A stretch of 39,714 nucleotides of DNA from contig NC_068991.1 of NCBI RefSeq assembly GCF_001194135.2, positions 40,036,749 through 40,076,462 on the forward strand. Direction: 5' to 3'. The first letter of the stretch is position 1. Each line of letters opens with the position of its first letter. Shown here one piece after another: positions 33,215 through 39,714 of the stretch. The notes under the pieces were generated by a model. That model did not search any database. It was given only the letters and a program-made list of their open reading frames with translations, and was not told the DNA's origin. The translations under genes were made by a program, and so were the position numbers. Source of the DNA: Octopus bimaculoides (Eukaryota).

Positions 33215-33484
33215 ATTGCCACGTACAATAAAATTAAAATGATTTTAAGCTGTTTAATCCTATCCAATGTCATGGCGAAGAAAAAAGAATTATACGGATC
33301 CGAACTGTGTTTTGTAATTAATAAAGCGTGATCTCTTTAAATTTCAGTAATGTTCAATGGGGGATATTTCTTAGTTTGCGGATCAAACTGAGAACTCAAT
33401 ACAACGGGGGTTGGTTAAACTTATTGAAACAAATATGAAAAACTGAACCAAGTATGAAGTTCTGTTTATTATACACGGTAAGCA

Positions 33485-33672
33485 AGGCGGCAAGCTGAAT
33501 GAATCGTTAGCATGCCGGGCAAAATACTTAGCGGAATTTTGTCCGTCTTTACGTTTTGAAGTCAAAATCCGCCGTGGTCGACTTTGCCTTTCATCCTTTC
33601 GGGGTTGATAAACTAAGTCCTAGGCAAACGCTGGGGTCGATGTAATCGACTTATCCCTCCCCCTAAAATTGA
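33485..33672 (+). mobile_element. SINE family A
   Basis: AAGGCGGCAAGCTG..GAATCGTTAGCATGCCGGGCAAAATACTTAGCGG...GTCGACTTTGCCTTTCATCCTTTCGGGG...GGGGTCGATGTAATCGACTT. Confidence 0.9.
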
Positions 33673-33930
33673 CTCAATGTACTCAGTAACCTCGGGAAAT
33701 TAGTGGAATTAGTGTCTTTTTGTGAGTGGAGGTCACCGCAGAGAAGATGTTTAGTTTCTTCCATTGATATCGTGAAGCAGATGAGAGACAATGCATCTCG
33801 TCCTAAACAGAATAGCACCCTTTGCCCAGAAACATAATGAAACAGTAACAAATTTGACCTCATGACCTATAAGCAAGTAGTCCAGTTCTCTTATTCACTC
33901 CGTAATTGTGCCGTTGCTTCCACAAATGAC

Positions 33931-33991
<61 letters not shown>

Positions 33992-34020
33992 GATGGATGG
34001 ATGGATGGATGGATGGATGG
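33931..34020. repeat. (TAGA)n-(TGGA)n compound microsatellite
   Basis: Directly visible. Confidence 0.95.
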
Positions 34021-34189
34021 TGGTTTACGTTTAGTTTCACACCAGGTTAGTGTAAAATCCTGCTTGAGCGAAACCCAAAGTAAACAGTCATCTTTTGAGA
34101 GAATGAAATATCTACCTAACGTACTGAGTTCTTTCCAGAGAATGCTTACACTATGTAAAATAATATTTTAATAAACTTTATAGCGTTAT

Positions 34190-34345
34190 AGGCGTGGTTG
34201 TGTGATAAGAAGCTTGATTCCCAGCCAAGTGGTTCTGGGTTAAGTCCACAGCGTGGCACCTTGGGCAAGGTTCTTCTACTTAGGCCGCGGGCCGACGAAA
34301 GCTATGTGATTGGATTTGGTAGAGGGAAACTGAAAGAAACCCGTC

Positions 34346-34388
<43 letters not shown>

Positions 34389-34487
34389 CGTATGTGTGTG
34401 TGCGCGCGTGTGTGTGTATGCGTGTGTGTGCGTGTGTGTGTTTGACACCTACCACCGCTTGGGAACCGGTGCTTGGTATGTTTATAT
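34190..34487 (+). mobile_element. SINE family B, 3' end lost in gap
   Basis: GGCGTGGTTGTGTGATAAGAAGCTTG...GGGTTAAGTCC..GCGTGGCACCTTGGGCAAGG...GGATTTGGTAGAGGGAAACTGAAAGAA. Confidence 0.88.
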
Positions 34488-34852
34488 NNNNNNNNNNNNN
34501 NNNNNNNNNNNNNNNNNNNNNNNNNNNNNNNNNNNNNNNNNNNNNNNNNNNNNNNNNNNNNNNNNNNNNNNNNNNNNNNNNNNNNNNNNNNNNNNNNNNN
34601 NNNNNNNNNNNNNNNNNNNNNNNNNNNNNNNNNNNNNNNNNNNNNNNNNNNNNNNNNNNNNNNNNNNNNNNNNNNNNNNNNNNNNNNNNNNNNNNNNNNN
34701 NNNNNNNNNNNNNNNNNNNNNNNNNNNNNNNNNNNNNNNNNNNNNNNNNNNNNNNNNNNNNNNNNNNNNNNNNNNNNNNNNNNNNNNNNNNNNNNNNNNN
34801 NNNNNNNNNNNNNNNNNNNNNNNNNNNNNGTGAGGGTTAGGGAATTCCGTCT

Positions 34853-35007
34853 CTAACTCTAACCGTAACCCTAACCGTAACCCTAACCCTAACCCTAACC
34901 CTAAACCCTAAACCCTAACCGTAACCCTAACCCTAACCCTAACCCTAACCCTAACCCTAAAACTAACCCTAAAACCCTAACCCTGACCCTAAAACCCTAA
35001 CCCTAAC
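34853..35007 (-). repeat. Interstitial telomere-type array (TTAGGG)n with variants, about 24 units
   Basis: Plus strand TAACCC repeats with TAACCG, TAAACCC, TAAAACCC and TGACCC variants. Confidence 0.9.
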
Positions 35008-35074
35008 ACCTTAGTGAAAATCGTGCGGGTGTTAATCTGAAAATTTACCGTAAAAATAACTCTTAAACCGCTGA

Positions 35075-35309
35075 ACTGGAAGAATTGTTAAAGCTTTGGA
35101 AAAAAAACGCTATCCGTTATTTATTCCGGCCGTTCACTGAGTTCAAATCTCGCTGAGGTCAAATTTTCTCTTTCGTGCTTTCGGTGTCGATAAAATTATG
35201 TACCATGTAAGTAGTGAGGACGATGGCATTAACTAAACGCCCTCCTCTCAAAATCACTGGCCTTGCGCCTAAATTAAAATCCGATATACTTTACAACACT
35301 TTTATTACG

Positions 35310-35360
<51 letters not shown>

Positions 35361-35807
35361 GTGTGAATATATGTGGCAGTGTGTCAGTATCTGAAAGCGA
35401 AAAGCAGATAAAGAAAAAAGGAATAGTAAGTTGTTAATGACGTCACAGTTTCATAGTGAATCAGCCTGTAATCTCGCTATGCTCGTTGCCCCGGNNNNNN
35501 NNNNNNNNNNNNNNNNNNNNNNNNNNNNNNNNNNNNNNNNNNNNNNNNNNNNNNNNNNNNNNNNNNNNNNNNNNNNNNNNNNNNNNNNNNNNNNNNNNNN
35601 NNNNNNNNNNNNNNNNNNNNNNNNNNNNNNNNNNNNNNCACACACACACACACACACACACTTAGGGCAAAGCAATTATAAATGTTAACTTCTCGCAGCC
35701 GACATCTGAACGTTGGATAATATTTCAAATGCTTGTTGCCATAGCTAACTTGACTTGGAAATGTTTTAAATTATGTGTGTTTGCGTGTGTGTGTGTGTGC
35801 ACGTGGA

Positions 35808-35844
<37 letters not shown>

Positions 35845-36017
35845 ACATATATATGAAAACATGCGCACACTGGGCGGTTAAATGGCTGAGCCGTTTGAGC
35901 ATCAACTAGCCTACCTCTTGGCATTCGTTCCGGCTTTCTGTGTTCTAAGTTCTCTCGTTGAGGTTAATTTTACTTTTCTTTCGAGGATTGATTAAGCACC
36001 AGTCCTGTACTAGGGAC
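35075..36017 (+). mobile_element. Two degenerate SINE family A copies (about 35075-35285 and 35870-36017)
   Basis: CTGAGTTCAAATCTCGCTGAGGTC..TTTCGGTGTCGATAAAAT..CTGGCCTTGCGCC and TTCTAAGTTC..TTGAGGTTAATTTT..TTTCGAGG..AAGCACCAG. Confidence 0.6.
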
Positions 36018-36444
36018 AAATCTTCTCTTTGTGTCACTCTTCCTTTATCTCTGTCTATCTGTTTGTTTCTCTTAGTGGAAAACACCAACTGTGATTATGC
36101 CTAGTGAGGGTTGGGCTCTGCTAGATATGAATATGCCTAAGACTTCACCTCCACGGATCCATTATGGTGTTGAGAGTCCAAGCCATATATATGTGTCTGG
36201 GTTTAATGAGGAGTAAAATCACAGGGATTAGAAATACAATTAAGTATTCGATTTTGTTAGATTATGATGAACAAAGTTTATTCAAAGTTGATTCTGTTTC
36301 CCGTTTCCGATTTTCAGGCGACTGATTATAGAATGTTTAAACCCTACTGATATACACTTCAGTCGAAACTTTTCAAATCTAGCTGAAAGCAACTTATTGG
36401 GAATTCTAGAGAATATGTATTTCTGTGAGTTTACTCTGGGAAGT

Positions 36445-36770
36445 TACTCCACTGGTATTTATTTTACCGACCCCGAAAAGATGAAAAGCAAAGTCGACCA
36501 CGGCGGAATTTGAACGCAAAACGTAAAGACGGATGAAATGCCTGCTAACGTTTCTGCTAGCTCGTCGCTTTAGCTATTCAATAAATATTGGTTTTAAATT
36601 TTGGCACAAGGCCAGCATTTTCGCGGGTGAGAGAGCAAGTCTATTGAATCGACCCCAGTTCTTGCCTGGTACTTATTTTATCGACCCTCGAGAGGATAAA
36701 AGGCGACCTCGGCGGAATTTGAACTCAAAATGTACAGACGGACTGAATGGCGATAAGGATTTTGGCCGGT

Positions 36771-36807
<37 letters not shown>

Positions 36808-36832
36808 AACGGTTCTGCCAATTCGCTGTCCT
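36445..36832 (-). mobile_element. Two SINE family A copies (36445-36572 internally deleted; 36583-36832 with a (GT)n expansion in the head)
   Basis: CGACCCCGAAAAGATGAAAAGCAAAGTCGACC.CGGCGGAATTTGAAC and CGACCTCGGCGGAATTTGAACTC cores. Confidence 0.85.
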
Positions 36833-36948
36833 AAATTATTCTGTGTATATTAGTAAGAAATTTTCTGTTGTTAACTCATAAGAACATACGAATGCGTAAT
36901 AAATCGTAAATTGTGGTGTTCCTAAAGCATGGAGTCGGAAATTATCTA

Positions 36949-37366
36949 GTACGCCAAAGAACTGTAATTTCTCCCAAATCTGAAGAAAAAAATGGAAAGC
37001 TGAAGCGAGATTTGCACACATACACCCATCACGACCATCTCCATCACCCGTAATTTTTCAATTTTTATTTTATTTCGGAAATTTTTTCTTCGGTTTTATG
37101 TTGCGCATATTTTTGAAGACTTATAATCTCAGCTGTTTAAAACATAAATCTGAAAAAAAAAATTTCCAAAGGAAGTCAAAACTGAAGCAATTATGGAAAG
37201 ATGGTCGGGGGAGAGGAAAAAAATCCCACCAATTTTTAAAATTCTATTACTTATTTTAATTTTTTTTTCATATTTCTATTTTATTTCATAATATATTTTG
37301 CAGGTTCATAATCTACGATGCTTAAAACGTGTAGATCCAAAGAAATTACAGTTTTTGGCGGCGCAC
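36949..37366. mobile_element. MITE-like element with imperfect ~30-bp TIRs, flanked by TA
   Basis: Left (TA)GTACGCCAAAGAACTGTAATTTCT versus reverse complement of right (TA)GTGCGCCGCCAAAAACTGTAATTTCT. AT-rich non-coding interior. Confidence 0.7.
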
Positions 37367-37378
37367 TANNNNNNNNNN

Positions 37379-37440
<62 letters not shown>

Positions 37441-37622
37441 CAGGTGAATATGGTACTTAAGTTTAGGCACCAGAATTTAGTATGGTGTTATCCATACAGT
37501 TTCAAAATAAGGTGATTGAAATCAAAATAAGCAACAAGGATATCCAAATGTAATGCAGTACGATCGTTTCATGCGACTCCAGTTAATTGAGCAATGTAAA
37601 CATTACATCAAATATAATATGT

Positions 37623-37757
<135 letters not shown>

Positions 37758-38007
37758 CTCAATACCATCCTTTCAGGAAGTGATAAGAAGAGAGTAAGCA
37801 CCCGTCAAAAACGCTTGTGAACTGACAACATCAAAGAATGAACTTGAAACAGGTGCCGAGCTGATCGCATGCATGCAACACGCCACAGAAGGGGGAACTG
37901 AAAGGCCTTCACGACCCGAACTCTGAATACAGAGACTACTGCTGACAAATATATGCATCTCCTTCGATTTTTTCTAAGGGTTTGTCAGCCCAATATTTAC
38001 ATGCTAT

Positions 38008-38204
38008 GAAGGCGGTGAGCTGGCAGAAACGTTAGCACGCCGGGCGAAATGCTTAGCGGTATCTCGTCTGTCTGAGTTCACATTCCGATGCGGTCATCTT
38101 TGCTTTTCATACTTTCGGCGTCGTTAAATTAAGCACTGGGGTCGATATAATCGACTAGCCCCCTCCCCAAAAATTTCGGGCCTTGTGCCTTGAGTAGAAA
38201 AGAG
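38008..38204 (+). mobile_element. SINE family A with a perfect 14-bp TSD
   Basis: AAGGCGGTGAGCTGGCAGAAACGTTAGCACGCCGGGCGAAATGCTTAGCGG head. TATTTACATGCTAT at 37994-38007 and 38205-38218. Confidence 0.93.
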
Positions 38205-38309
38205 TATTTACATGCTATTCTTTAAAGCTGTAATTGATGTGCTTCGAGAACAATTATTAAAAAAATATCATGTTCTCTCGAAAGTTTATAAAATTCTTAT
38301 GTCGTCGAC

Positions 38310-38310
<1 letters not shown>

Positions 38311-38404
<94 letters not shown>
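38311..38404. repeat. (AC)n microsatellite
   Basis: Directly visible. Confidence 0.95.
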
Positions 38405-38406
<2 letters not shown>

Positions 38407-39136
38407 ACAAACAAATATATATACAAAGAGAGACGGGGGAAGTCATATGCTTGTGAAAGTATATACGTTGGATGGGGTACATGAATGTATGCTTTTGCAT
38501 GCGTGTGAATATATTCGCTCATATAGACGTGTATCTATGTGCGTAGATGTGTGGTTGTGAATATACGTATCATTATATACATACATACATACACACCCTC
38601 ATATATATGCATACATACATACAAATGTGTGTTTGCATGTGGCTGTTTTTTTTTATGTGTACAGTTAGGCATGCCTCTCTCTCTGTGTATGTGTGTGATT
38701 TAGAGTACGCATTCAATTTTTAACCAACATCTCACTGTCTTCGGTCCCATCATGTTCATACAATAAAAGCCTCTACAGTTTATAACCTGAAAGTCCACTC
38801 CAAGATATTGTAATCATGAAATTCCTATCACACACAAAACAATGAACCATAGATATTTTAGATGAATATTAGAGAGTGTCAAAATTCCTTCTGGCTACCA
38901 AATTAACATAAATATATATCTTTTTTTCTTCTATCATTCACACAAAAATAATATCATTTCAGTTAAAACTCCATACATACTTCCCCTATTGTTGAAAATT
39001 CTCCTTACTGTCACAAAATATTTAGTATTTGTCAAACATTCTTACATTCTTATGAGTTCTTCACGGAGATTTCCACGTGAATCTCTATAATTTCTATAAT
39101 CTTGTAAACAAATGTATGTGTGTGTATATATATACA

Positions 39137-39257
39137 GTACCTGACGTAGTGGTAGTAGTGGATGTTACAATTCGTTGTTATGTGCATAGCTCGGCACCGT
39201 ACGACGCAGCCCATGAGAAGGACCGGAAATACCGGCCGCTAATTTCTCTCCTCGGTG
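39137..39257 (+). mobile_element. Possible restriction-like endonuclease (PD..D..K) fragment of an R2/NeSL/HERO-type LINE
   Basis: VPDVVVVVDVTIRCYVHSSAPYDAAHEKDRKYRPLISLL resembles PD...vvDVT.....A.xEKxxKY..L. Short and isolated. Confidence 0.5.
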
Positions 39258-39714
39258 TATTTTTGTTTTTTATGTTCTCGCTTCTCATTTTGCCTACGTT
39301 ATTTATTATTTCTTTTTTATGTCCTATACCCATATATGCATGTATATATACATATATATGTCGGTATGTACTTATACGTATGTATATATGCATATATTTA
39401 TATATTATTTATATTATTATATGATCGAACGCCACGCATCCATTTCCAAGTAAGTTTTATCTTGATAATTACGATGCGTACTCTTATTCTGTCTCTATTC
39501 TTTCTATCTATCTCATTCTCTTGTTCTTCTTCCTTTTTGTTTTTCTCTTCCATCCTTTCCCTATTCTTCTCCTCTCCCCTTCACCGTTCCCTCCTTGACT
39601 CTCTCGTTACTTACACGTGACCAACGGCCATCCATCTTTCTTTCTTCTAGTTCCTTCCTAAAGAAAAGACGTGATTTTACCTGTCTCTTCTCAAAGCTCG
39701 TTTTTCCAGCGCTC

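Larger units (their letters stand above)
5172..37378. other. Assembly gaps: 5172-5181, 6554-6664, 8960-9263, 11833-12072, 18643-18917, 20260-21241, 22310-22703, 23700-24549, 27266-27484, 28771-29237, 34488-34829, 35495-35638, 37369-37378
   Basis: Runs of N, most bounded on at least one side by TA, CA, CT or CATA microsatellites. Confidence 0.95.

Noticed and set aside
35438-35445. Perfect CRE palindrome TGACGTCA
   Set aside because: One 8-mer is expected by chance at this scale, with no promoter context.
36320-36370. GACTGA...TCAGTC-GAAAC hammerhead-like stem II
   Set aside because: No CUGANGA in position and no stem III or stem I.

Overview
Eukaryotic, AT-rich, repeat-saturated sequence from a gappy short-read scaffold (13 N-gaps, about 4.3 kb, most flanked by microsatellites). 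The SINE families, the LINE mix and the microsatellite density look like an octopus (coleoid cephalopod) genome; this is recognition, not a database result. No host protein-coding gene, RNA gene or CRISPR array could be supported, and almost all long ORFs in the track are microsatellite or N read-throughs. What is present is a fossil record of mobile DNA: about 24 copies of one tRNA-headed SINE and about 7 of a second, R4/Dong-clade LINE pieces, Tx1/L1, RTE and Penelope-like fragments, a mariner deletion derivative with both TIRs, a DD37D (maT)-type transposase, an hAT-like and a second TIR MITE, a Helitron-like 3' end, and an interstitial TTAGGG-type array. The most interesting signal is that R4/Dong-type 3' ends repeatedly sit inside (CATA)n tracts, including a head-to-tail tandem, which suggests a microsatellite-targeted retrotransposon system. 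Also notable are a near-perfect 64-bp-stem hairpin, several hammerhead-like relics, and a divergent Penelope pair. All translations were done by hand, and repeat boundaries are approximate to about 10-20 bp.
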